Source of the DNA: Oikopleura dioica
Taxonomy: Eukaryota; Animalia; Chordata
Length of the DNA stretch: 64,000 nt
Assembly: GCA_907165135.1 (NCBI GenBank)
Contig: OU015568.1
Span: 1,798,001-1,862,000 of the forward strand
Reading direction: 5' to 3'
This document shows, one piece after another, positions 12,631 to 24,179 of this stretch. How positions within the stretch are numbered: position 1 is the stretch's first letter; each line of letters starts with the position of its first letter. The notes under the pieces were generated by a model. That model worked only from the letters and a program-made list of their open reading frames with translations. It had not been told where the DNA came from and did not search any database. The translations under genes and the position numbers were made by a program.

Positions 12631-14761
12631 CTAGGCGGCCTCGAAATCATTAGATCGGGTCGAAGCAAGTCGCATTTGATGGCCAGGGGACGAGATCGGA
12701 TTCATTTTCTGAGGTTCCAGATCTTCGGTGTTGCAGGAGAGGGTGCGGAAGTTGCCGGCTTCTTTTCCGCAAGAGCCGCACATGAAACTTATTGAGCAGT
12801 CACCTCGATTGTCTACAAAATATATCAGAAAAATGCCTCAAATTAGCCAAAGCAAGCGCAGAGAAAAAAGCCTTCTAGAAATTCTAGAGCATGCAGTTTC
12901 TACATGCATGATTTTTACAAGCAAGCGTTCGGAAAATCCTAGTTTCTTATTCCCGAAACTACGATCAAAATTACCTTGAGTCACAAGAACATTCTCAAAT
13001 CGTTCCTTTCGAACTTCCACCACCTGCCCTTCTGGGGTGAAAGTTCTTTTGGCAATCTTGGTCGAGACCTGTCGCTGGAATTCGGCTTTTTCTGCGCCAG
13101 GGGCGTATTCGAGTAGCTTTTCTTGGGTTTCTTCGTCTTGTGAGGCAAGATAGCGGGTGACGATGAAAGCAAGAACGGCGGATTCTAGACACTAGAAAAA
13201 AATACTATAATTATTGGGTTTTTTTATCATATTTATATGTTTTTAGATAAGCAGCTTTCGACAAAAAAAAGTTATTACAAATTGTAAACATACCGTCAAT
13301 ATATAATTAATCTAGTTAATTTTACCTGAAAGAACAAGAAATAAACAGGCATCATCATGAGCACCCCAATCTTCTCTGGCGGAAACGCCATCATCATGAT
13401 AATCAAGCAGATCTGCGCATTCTTCAATCCTGTTTCTAACATGATCGTTCTCGCCGATCTTGGCGGCTCCCTAGCCAGCCTTGCAAAAACGAATCCAAAG
13501 ACGAATCCCATCCAAGGCACACAGCTGATAGCAATGAGGATGTCGACGGGAAAGCGTTTGACAAGGGAGGAGCCGTAGAGGGCGATGTTGATGCCGACTA
13601 GGGCGACGAGACCAACGAGCATACCAATTTTGCCAATTTTGATGATGATCTCGCAGGTTTTGTCTAAGAGAAATAATTAGAAGGTCATCTTATGAAATTC
13701 AGTGTCTACTAGACAGTCTCTCAAATAATTTATGTCCATAATTGGTAGTCTTTTTAGACAATTGAAAGCGCGAAATTTCAAAATGACGATAAATATTTAT
13801 GTCTGGTAGACTGTCTTGATTCTAGAAGACATTTCAAAATCGATTGCAAAAGTCAGTCTACAAGACAGTCTCAAAAGCTCAACAATCTTGACAGTGTTTC
13901 AGACAGCTTGAAATTTCTGGCTATCGACCTTCACTGAAGGTCCTTGAGTCAGAATTTCAAGACACTGAATTAAAAATAAGGCAATTTGACAAAGTTCCTT
14001 TACCTTTGCAATATTTCTTGATCACCATTCCAATCGCACAAGGAAACAGCGTCAGCACAAGTGGTTTGACAATAGCTACAGTATCCACCGTCAGATCGGT
14101 GCAAGGGTCGACAACGAACGAACTCAAGGCCTATTACTGCGCTGAGCAAATAAACTACGCAAGAGAAGGTAATTTATAAATATTGACGGTGCTTCATGGT
14201 CAAGTTTTTCGTAAACAAGAGCTGCGGAAATGAGTGCTCAGCGCGGTTCCTTGATCATGATCGGAATGGCTCCAACGCCGACCACAGTCGATACAGAGGT
14301 CATCAAAATCGATAGGTTCATGTCTCCACGAAGCAAAAGGGCTGAAAATTACTGTAAATGAAGCGTATAAGACCATTTCTTACCCATGAAATTCGAGAGC
14401 GTTCCTCCTGGACAACAGCCCAAAACGATCATCGTCATCATTTTGATCTCGTCCATTTTGAACAATTTTCCCAAGCCAAAGGCAACAACTGGCATGAGCA
14501 AAAACTGCACGAGCGTGGCAATTGTTGCTCCGACGGGCTTTTCGCGAACTTGAGGATTTTCATCGGCTCCATTGTGACTCCAAGTCCGAGCATGAGAAGG
14601 ATGATGGCGAGGACGATGATGAGTTGGAGGCCGTTTGAGAGCTTGATGAACATGGGCTGGTTGACATGCTCACAGAAGATGTAGATGTTTTCGAATGTTG
14701 AGTTGTCGCGGCCATAACTGTCGGGGAAGCCGTCCAGGTCTTTGACGGATTGCCAGTCATC
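12631..14761 (-). CDS. SLC10-family sodium/bile-acid symporter (first exon not located; 1-nt frameshift at about 14540)
   Basis: Motifs LMLGLG, QFLLMPVVAFGL, LGCCPGGTLSN, LRGDMNLSILMTSVST, RTIMLETGLKNAQI; TAG at 12631-12633. Confidence 0.92.
13700..13967. mobile_element. Intronic MITE with AGACAGTCT subrepeats
   Basis: CAGTGTCT...AGACACTG termini flanked by aatt on both sides; lies in an SLC10 intron. Confidence 0.65.
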
Positions 14762-16183
14762 AGCTGAAAATGGTTTCAAAGGAGGTTATTTTGATGGAGG
14801 TAAATGACCTTATCTTTTTCGTAAATTCCAAGAAAAAAAATTTCTCAAAAAAAAGTTTGAAAAGTTGATCCGCTACAAGATTATCTCCAGTTGCGCTACA
14901 AAACAGTTTCTTTTGCTCTGAGATACAGTTAGATCTTGGAATGGACATTTGATAATCCAAAAAAGCTGGATTCTCTTGTTTGTCCCCTCCGAGCTGGACG
15001 TAAATAGTCTACTATTGACGCAATGTGATGGGCGTTCAAAGTACTGTAAACATTTTCAATTCTCATTGAGAAAAGACATTCCAGAGCCCAAAGGTCAATG
15101 TGGTTGGAAATATTTCTCTCGTAGATCAACTTGGAAGGAATTATTCTAGCTAAGCTCTTGAATGGGAAATAGAAAGCTCTTCTGTGTACTTACAGATGCA
15201 AAATGCATGAAGGTCGAGTTTGTCTTGCGTAGCATTTACGACCGGGCATAAGGGGTCATCGCTGAGTCCTTTTATTTGTTCATTTCTGTCATTTACAGCG
15301 TTATTATAAGGATTATTTCACAATTAAAATGATCATTGCTTATTTATGAACATAATTATGTAGAAGGTAAATTTCTCTTGCCCCTCAAAATTGGCCAAAT
15401 TCATCGTTGAATAATTTGAAATTATTAATTTCCATTCTGAGAAAAATCGACTGACTGATCCCTTTCAAGGTAAATTTATTCTTTTATATTCACATTTCAA
15501 TTCAAGTATAAATTAAAGTAATCTATACTCCAACCCTCTTTTCAGCCTCGTCACTGTATTTGACTGTATTGAACAATTTCCTGATTTTACCACTTGATCG
15601 ACTAGAACTTCTTCTTGAATTAGCGAGACTTCAATGTCTTTCATCTAAATTTCTTCTCTTTTTTTCTAAAATTGTCCTTCCTTGATTTTTTGGCTTTTCG
15701 AAGATTTCAAAAAAATATTCGGGAATTTTTATTTGAAGACCGTTACTTCTAATTGTGGCGAAAAGGGCATTTACCAAGTGACCTTGGAGCTTGTTTAGCG
15801 ACGGCGACGGTGATCACATTTTTTTGAAATCCTCGCGAAACTCCAGAAACAAACACACCTCTCCAAAATAATACGAACAAACTCATAGTTTTCGTAAAAA
15901 AATTGTTTCATTAGCGGGTTAACTTTTTCTCCAAAGGGTCGTTTTAATAGGTCGTGTCTCATATTTTGATGAGTATTTATAGAAAACCGAAATTGTTGAT
16001 AGTAATTTCCGGTCTGTTTTCGCATAAATTTAGCGTTGAATTTGATAAACGACAGGATTATGCGACGCTCGTTTATTTTATTAAAAAATAAATAACTATC
16101 AAGTGTAAATGAATGAGTAACTTTATTCGAAATAGATTTCTCGAAGGCAGAAAAAAAATCTTCTTCAAAAAATGCTTGAACAA

Positions 16184-17228
16184 TTAGCAGCCAGCTCTGT
16201 CGTTGTAGAAGTTTCGGACCTTTCGAGCAGCTCGGATGATCTGTCGGTGGACTCGACCTCGTCCATCGCAGGCCCAGTTTCGGGCCCAGGAGTTGATGGC
16301 TGCGTTGAGTTGGCCGTTGAGCTTGCACATGTTGTCGGCGTCGAAGACTTGGATGTCAGCGGCTTCGGCTGCGAATCCGTTTTCAGCGTAGCAACTGTCG
16401 CCGGTTTCAGAAGCCTTCATTTTATTGAGAATCCTGGTCATTCGGCCGGTGTATCGGCGGGAGTAGTCTTCCTCTCGGCTGAACGAGTCGAAAATTCGCT
16501 AAAAAATCGCTGGATTAAAAGTCGGGATGAAAGAGAAGAACTTACGTTTAGGTGCATTTCGATGACCTGAAGTCGGCTCATTCGCTCAAACACAAATTCG
16601 AAGCCAGCGTTTCGGACGGAGTAATCAGTGGTCAAGCTGATCGATGCCTGACCACCGCTGACAAAGAAATCAGGGAATCCATCGCTACTTGGGTTGGCGA
16701 GATCGTAATTCGCCTTGCCTTCATCTTCTTCTTTTGGGTGGTCACCGGATGCGGATCGTCGTCGTCGATAGCCGTTGGATCCGCAGAAATTGAATTCATC
16801 GCCATTAGCTTCGACTGTCACGGTATCCCAGCCGCAGACAGAGTGCCACTCGACATCAAATGTGTTGGCGACGATGTTGAAGCCAGCAATGTCTCCAAAA
16901 TCGATGTCCCACTTGCAGTCGAGGAAATTGTAGTAGTAGCCTCTCTCGAAGCCAGGAGAGTAGATGATCGTTTCGGTATCAGTGATTCTTCCTCCGCATT
17001 CTCCTTCAAAGCTCGTGCTAGAGCTGGAGGAACTTGAGGAGCTGGAATAGCTGGAATAGCCTGAAGAGCTGTAATAGCTGGAGTAGCTGCTATGGGATGC
17101 AACAGCGCTGGCGATGAGAGTTGCGAAAGTCTAAAAAATATTTTTTAGTATTTATATTTTTGAATTTATACAAGAATCGATAAAAAAGGATACTCATTGT
17201 TGAAGCTTTCTCTTATCATTACCTTCAT
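16184..17228 (-). CDS. Secreted CUB-domain protein with Ser/Tyr-rich N-terminus and Cys-containing helical C-terminal domain (oikosin/house-protein-like)
   Basis: Exons 17223-17228, 16546-17130 and 16184-16498 join in frame: MKTFATLIASAVA signal; CGGRITDTETIIYSPGF..YYNFLDCKWDI..FDVE..CGWDTV..FCG..TTDYSVRNAGFEF is a CUB domain. Confidence 0.85.
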
Positions 17229-18576
17229 TTTCGGGTTGCTCAGGATATTCTGATGTTTCGTTCAGCGAGAAAATCTTCTTTTAAAGAGTTTTGCGTGACC
17301 CGCTGCAACTAGGTGGCGATGCGACTGGGTGATCGCTGCGCTCACGAGTATTTTTGTGCTAAACTCTTTTTAGCTGATGTACAAAAATAATCACTAAGGA
17401 CTTGAAGTCCGTTATGAAGATGACGAGACAGAGGCCTGGTTAACTGGGACTGGTAGAACCAGGCTTGGCATTTTGAGACTCCGGGTTTATAAACCCAGGT
17501 GACCGCATACCACTGTAATACGCGAATTTTTTCCATGGCGGAAGTGCCAGATGTTACATGTGAGATGTATAACATAGAAATCTAAACCCCGAATAAGCGA
17601 GACCAAGCGAGTAGGCTATGAATGACTGCCTAACATCATTTGTAGGCTTACCGCGGCTAAAAGCTATTTTCCAGGTTCTTTTGAAAAATCTCACCAAACT
17701 ACGAGTACATATACTTCAAGACACGCTTGGAAAAGTTGATCAATTAGATTTTTCAAAATGGATCTTCTTGTTGCTTTTTTTGACCGATTTTTGTGGAGAA
17801 AATTGGCACTCATATCAGTTGAAGCCAATTTTGAGCACCTGCTACTTTGATTTTGATAATTTCGTGCACACCAAGTGAAAGTTGAGGTCAGCCTAAATCG
17901 ATAGAGCCAAAAAAATTTTATGCCAACTTCGTTTTTCACACTTTCCCGGGGCTCGAAAGTTGACCGAGACTGTCAGATATGAGATTTCAGAAATCTCAAC
18001 TTTTGATATAGGCGCGCTATGATGACGTTCTATAGCTTAAATGAAAGCTTATGACTCACTTGATTTAGTGAGGCGGTATTTTTTCAACCAGCCGGTCATT
18101 CTCGCGGTTCATCGCGGTTCATTTCGATTTTTGCATTTTTTCACGTTGTAACCAAATCTGAACTAATAAAAACTCGGCCAGTAAATGGCCACTTATAGTC
18201 AACTGTAGTCGAAGTCGGCCGGAGGACCCCGGAGGACCTCCCTGATGGAAGACCATCCGCTGGAAGACCAATATTAAAATATTCGATATATGGCCGCGCT
18301 CGGCCAGTAAATGGCCACCTATGGCCAACATTGGTCTAGTTCGGCCGGAGGACCCCCGGAGGACCTCCCTGGTGGAAGACTATCAGCTGGAAGACCAAAA
18401 TTAAATAATGCTATGAAATGCCTTCCTGGGCTAAGAGTTGAAACTTTCGGCAAACTTTGGTCACTTTATGCCGGAGGACCCCCGGTGGACCCCTTTTGCC
18501 GGATGACAATCAACTTAAAGACCAAAATCTAAAAAATTAACAATCAATCACAGTCAATTCAGTGATAGAGTCAGGG

Positions 18577-20922
18577 TTCTTTTCAATCAGAGTCAGGGCG
18601 AAGCCGACCCAAAGGAGAGGCAACGCCCGATTATTCTTTTCAATCAGAAACAGGGCGAAGCCGACCCAAAGGGGAGGCCACGCCCGATGATTCTTTTCGA
18701 TGAGAGTCAGGGCGAAGCCGACCCGAAGGAGAAGCCATGCCCGATTATTCTTTTCAATCAGAGTCAGGGCGAAGCCGACCCAAAGGAGAGGCGACGCCCG
18801 ATTATTCTTTTCGATGAGAGTCAGGGCGAAGCCGACCCGAAGGGGAGGCCATGCCCGATTATTCTTTTCAATAAGAGTCAGGGCGAAGTCGACCCGAAGG
18901 GGAGGCCACGCCCGATGATCCTTTTCGATGAGAGTCAGGGCAAAGCCGACCCGAAGGGGAGGCCACGCCCGATGATCCTTTTCGATGAGAGTCAGGGCGA
19001 AGCCGACCCGAAGGGGAGGCCACGCCCGATGATTTCTTTTCAACCAGAGTCAGGGCGAAGCCGACCCAAAGGAGAGGCCGACCCCGATTTTTCTTTTCAA
19101 TGAGAGTCAGGGCGAAGCCGACCCGAAGATGAGGCCACGCATGATTATTCTTTTCAATCAGAGTCAGGGCGAAGCCGACCCGAAGGGGAGGCCACGCCCG
19201 ATGATTTCTTTTCAACCAGAGTCAGGGCGAAGCCGACCCGAAGGGGAGGCCATGCCCGATTATTCTTTTCAATAAGAGTCAGGGCGAAGCCGACCCGAAG
19301 GGGAGGCCACGCCCGATGATCCTTTTCGATGAGAGTCAGGGCGAAGCCGACCCGAAGGGGAGGCCACGCCCGATGATCCTTTTCGATGAGAGTCAGGGCG
19401 AAGCCGACCCAAAGGAGAGGCCGACCCCGATTTTTCTTTTCAATGAGAGTCAGGGCGAAGCCGACCCGAAGATGAGGCCACGCATGATTATTCTTTTCAA
19501 TCAGAGTCAGGGCGAAGCCGACCCGAAGGGGAGGCCACGCCCGATGATTTCTTTTCAACCAGAGTCAGGGCGAAGCCGACCCGAAGGGGAGGCCACGCCC
19601 GATGATCCTTTTCGATGAGAGTCAGGGCGAAGCCGACCCGAAGGGGAGGCCACGCCCGATGATCCTTTTCGATGAGAGTCAGGGCGAAGCCGACCCGAAG
19701 GGGAGGCCACGCCCGATGATTTCTTTTCAACCAGAGTCAGGGCGAAGCCGACCCAAAGGAGAGGCCGACCCCGATTTTTCTTTTCAATGAGAGTCAGGGC
19801 GAAGCCGACCCGAAGATGAGGCCACGCATGATTATTCTTTTCAATCAGAGTCAGGGCGAAGCCGACCCGAAGGGGAGGCCACGCCCGATGATTTCTTTTC
19901 AATAAGAGTCAGGGCGAAGCCGACCCAAAGGAGAGGCGACGCCCGATTATTCTTTTCGATGAGAGTCAGGGCGAAGCCGACCCGAAGGGGAGGCCATGCC
20001 CGATTATTCTTTTCAATAAGAGTCAGGGCGAAGCCGACCCGAAGGGGAGGCCACGCCCGATGATTTCTTTTCAACCAGAGTCAGGGCGAAGCCGACCCAA
20101 AGGAGAGGCCGACCCCGATTTTTCTTTTCAATGAGAGTCAGGGCGAAGCCGACCCGAAGATGAGGCCACGCATGATTATTCTTTTCAATCAGAGTCAGGG
20201 CGAAGCCGACCCGAAGGGGAGGCCACGCCCGATGACTTCTTTTCAACCAGAGTCAGGGCGAAGCCGACCCGAAGGGGAGGCCATGCCCGATTATTCTTTT
20301 CAATAAGAGTCAGGGCGAAGCCGACCCGAAGGAGGCCACGCCCGATGATCCTTTCGATGAGAGTCAGGGCGAAGCCGACCCGAAGGGAGGCCACGCCCGA
20401 TGATCCTTTTCGATGAGAGTCAGGGCGAAGCCGACCCAAAGGAGAGGCCGACCCCGATTTTCTTTTCAATGAGAGTCAGGGCGAAGCCGACCCGAAGATG
20501 AGGCCACGCATGATTATTCTTTTCAATCAGAGTCAGGGCGAAGCCGACCCGAAGGAGGCCACGCCCGATGATTTCTTTTCAACCAGAGTCAGGGCGAAGC
20601 CGACCCAAAGGAGAGGCCGACCCCGATTTTCTTTTCAATGAGAGTCAGGGCGAAGCCGACCCGAAGATGAGGCCACGCATGATGATTCGTTTCAATGAGA
20701 GTCAGGGCGAAGCCGACCCGAAGGGAGGCCACGCCCGATTATTCTTTCAATAAGAGTCAGGGCGAAGCCGACCCGAAGGGGAGGCCACGCCCGATTATTC
20801 TTTTCAATCAGAGTCAGGGCGAAGCCGACCCAAAGGAGAGGCCGACCCCGATTTTTCTTTTCAATGAGGGTCAGGGCGAAGCCGACCCGAAGGGGAGGCC
20901 ACGCCCGATGATTATTTTCAAT
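18577..20922 (+). repeat. Tandem array, about 41 copies of a 57/58-bp unit (gagtcagggcgaagccgacccgaaggggaggccacgcccgatgatccttttcgatga) with higher-order blocks
   Basis: Read directly; 19-aa periodicity in pseudo-ORFs; recurring 172-bp (57+57+58) spacing. Confidence 0.97.
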
Positions 20923-20943
20923 AAGGGGTCGGCCCTGTTTCTG

Positions 20944-21640
20944 ATTGAAAATAATCATCGGGCGTGGCCTCCCCTTCGGGTCGGCTTCGCCCTGACTCTG
21001 GTTGAAAAGAAATCATCGGGCATGGTCTCCCCTTCGGGTCGGCTTCGCCCTGACTCTGATTGAAAAGAATAATCATGCGTGGCCTCATCTTCGGGTCGGC
21101 TTCGCCCTGACTCTCATTGAAAAGAAAATCGGGGTCGGCCTCTCCTTTGGGTCGGCTTCGCCCTGACTCTGGTTGAAAAGAAATCATCGGGCGTGGCCTC
21201 CCCTTCGGGTCGGCTTCGCCCTGACTCTCATCGAAAAGGATCATCGGGCGTGGCCTCCCTTCGGGTCGGCTTTGCCCTGACTCTCATCGAAAGGATCATC
21301 GGGCGTGGCCTCCCCTTCGGGTCGACTTCGCCCTGACTCTTATTGAAAAGAATAATCGGGCATGGCCTCCCTTCGGGTCGGCTTCGCCCTGACTCTCATC
21401 GAAAGAATAATCGGGCGTCGCCTCTCCTTTGGGTCGGCTTCGCCCTGACTCTGATTGAAAAGAATAATCGGGCATGGCTTCTCCTTCGGGTCGGCTTCGC
21501 CCTGACTCTCATCGAAAGAATCATCGGGCGTGGCCTCCCTTTGGGTCGGCTTCGCCCTGTTTCTGATTGAAAGAATAATCGGGCGTTGCCTCTCCTTTGG
21601 GTCGGCTTCGCCCTGACTCTGATTGAAAAGAACCCTGACT
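20944..21640 (-). repeat. Inverted array, about 12 copies of the same 57-bp unit
   Basis: Reverse complement of the left array; diagnostic unit variants appear in mirrored order. Confidence 0.95.
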
Positions 21641-21864
21641 CTATCACTGAATTGACTGTGATTGATTGTTAATTTTTTAGATTTTGGTCTTTAAGTTGAT
21701 TGTCATCCGGCAAAAGGGGTCCACCGGGGTCCTCCGGCATAAAGTGACCAAAGTTTGCCGAAAGTTTCAACTCTTAGCCCAGGAAGGCATTTCATAGCAT
21801 TATTTAATTTTGGTCTTCCAGCTGATAGTCTTCCACCAGGGAGGTCCTCCGGGGGTCCTCCGGC

Positions 21865-23944
21865 CGAACTAGACCAATGTTGGCCATAGGTGGCCATTTA
21901 CTGGCCGAGCGCGGCCATATATCGAATATTTTAATATTGGTCTTCCAGCGGATGGTCTTCCATCAGGGAGGTCCTCCGGGGTCCTCCGGCCGACTTCGAC
22001 TACAGTTGACTATAAGTGGCCATTTACTGGCCGAGTTTTTATTAGTTCAGATTTGGTTACAACGTGAAAAAATGCAAAAATCGAAATGAACCGCGATGAA
22101 CCGCGAGAATGACCGGCTGGTTGAAAAAAAATCCCGCCTCACTAAATCAAGTGAGTCATAAGCTTTCATTTAAGCTATAGAACGTCATCATAGCGCGCCT
22201 ATATCAAAAGTTGAGATTTCTGAAATCTCATATCTGACAGTCTCGGTCAACTTTCGAGCCCCGGGAAAGTGTGAAAAACGAAGTTGGCATAAAATTTTTT
22301 TGGCTCTATCGATTTAGGCTGACCTCAACTTTCACTTGGTGTGCACGAAATTATCAAAATCAAAGTAGCAGGTGCTCAAAATTGGCTTCAACTGATATGA
22401 GTGCCAATTTTCTCCACAAAAATCGGTCAAAAAAAGCAACAAGAAGATCCATTTTGAAAAATCTAATTGATCAACTTTTCCAAGCGTGTCTTGAAGTATA
22501 TGTACTCGTAGTTTGGTGAGATTTTTCAAAAGAACCTGGAAAATAGAAAATGCCGCGGTAAGCCTAATCATTTGACATCAAATTACACCTGATCGATGTC
22601 GGTTATGTTAATCGTCCTTGTAGAAAGTACTCGTTGTGTCTCTCAGATATGATATATCGCTGCTATTAACATACGGCGTAAGTTTTACGCCGCGTAAGGT
22701 TTATTATTTCTGGGTGCGGCCAGTTTGTCTATAATCACTCAGTTACTTGACATTCTAAACTTGATGAAGTACGCAACCTTGAAGATTTTAAAATTTTCTA
22801 TAATCTTTTTGAAATGACTTCAAGCCTAACATCGCAATAAATCATCAAACAATTCAGCAACGTATTTTCATGTCTATGCGGCATTCTCCTCAAGATTCGA
22901 CGGGGCGAACTAGACCAATGTTGGCCATAGGTGGCCATTTACTGGCCGAGCGCGGCCATATATCGAATATTTTAATATTGGTCTTCCAGCGGATGGTCTT
23001 CCATCAGGGAGGTCCTCCGGGGTCCTCCGGCCGACTTCGACTACAGTTGACTATAAGTGGCCATTTACTGGCCGAGTTTTTATTAGTTCAGATTTGGTTA
23101 CAACGTGAAAAAATGCAAAAATCGAAATGAACCGCGATGAACCGCGAGAATGACCGGCTGGTTGAAAAAAAATCCCGCCTCACTAAATCAAGTGAGTCAT
23201 AAGCTTTCATTTAAGCTATAGAACGTCATCATAGCGCGCCTATATCAAAAGTTGAGATTTCTGAAATCTCATATCTGACAGTCTCGGTCAACTTTCGAGC
23301 CCCGGGAAAGTGTGAAAAACGAAGTTGGCATAAAATTTTTTGGCTCTATCGATTTAGGCTGACCTCAACTTTCACTTGGTGTGCACGAAATTATCAAAAT
23401 CAAAGTAGCAGGTGCTCAAAATTGGCTTCAACTGATATGAGTGCCAATTTTCTCCACAAAAATCGGTCAAAAAAGCAACAAGAAGATCCATTTTGAAAAA
23501 TCTAATTGATCAACTTTTCCAAGCGTGTCTTGAAGTATATGTACTCGTAGTTTGGTGAGATTTTTCAAAAGAACCTGGAAAATAGAAAATGCCGCGGTAA
23601 GCCTAATCATTTGACATCAAATTACACCTGATCGATGTCGGTTATGTTAATCGTCCTTGTAGAAAGTACTCGTTGTGTCTCTCAGATATGATATATCGCT
23701 GCTATTAACATACGGCGTAAGTTTTACGCCGCGTAAGGTTTATTATTTCTGGGTGCGGCCAGTTTGTCTATAATCACTCAGTTACTTGACATTCTAAACT
23801 TGATGAAGTACGCAACCTTGAAGATTTTAAAATTTTCTATAATCTTTTTGAAATGACTTCAAGCCTAACATCGCAATAAATCATCAAACAATTCAGCAAC
23901 GTATTTTCATGTCTATGCGGCATTCTCCTCAAGATTCGACGGGG
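21865..23944 (+). repeat. About 1.04-kb direct tandem duplication (21865-22905 / 22906-23944) covering the right foldback end plus about 340 bp of flank
   Basis: CGAACTAGACCAATGTTGG starts at both 21865 and 22906; both copies end in CAAGATTCGACGGGG; only homopolymer-length differences noticed. Confidence 0.95.
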
Positions 23945-24179
23945 GCATCAGTGACTATCTTTCTAAACCGCTCCTTGTGACTCTCGTCAACTTCTGTTTA
24001 GGGAAAAAACAATTTAAAATTAACAACGTGCTTCTAGATATTTACGGTTGCTAACATGGTTATCCAAGGCATGCAATATGCTTTCACATTATGCTTTAAA
24101 GTCAGTGCGCAAAAAATGAGGAAGGAAGGACTTTTATTATAAGGCTTTTTATTTATGACTCATTTTACAGTAAGAATTT

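Larger units (their letters stand above)
17645..22564. mobile_element. 4.9-kb non-coding foldback element: about 930-bp near-identical inverted arms enclosing opposed 57-bp tandem arrays
   Basis: TA|GGCTTACCGCGGC at 17645 mirrors GCCGCGGTAAGCC|TA at 22564. Identical mirrored ORFs (18119..18331- vs 21877..22089+; 17691..17939- vs 22271..22519+). Symmetry centre at 20923-20943. Confidence 0.88.

Noticed and set aside
18920-18980. SECIS-like pattern ATGA-N11-AA-N26-GA in the unit
   Set aside because: Helix II does not pair in register next to the GA quartet, and no adjacent selenoprotein gene was seen.
18577-21640. CRISPR-like array (constant 21-nt part plus variable part)
   Set aside because: The variable parts are recurring point variants of one sequence, not unique spacers; no cas genes; eukaryotic context.
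18537-21647. Repeat proteins such as (DHRAWPPLRVGFALTLIEK)n
   Set aside because: By-product of a 57-bp unit; frames break at every 58-bp unit and appear on both strands.
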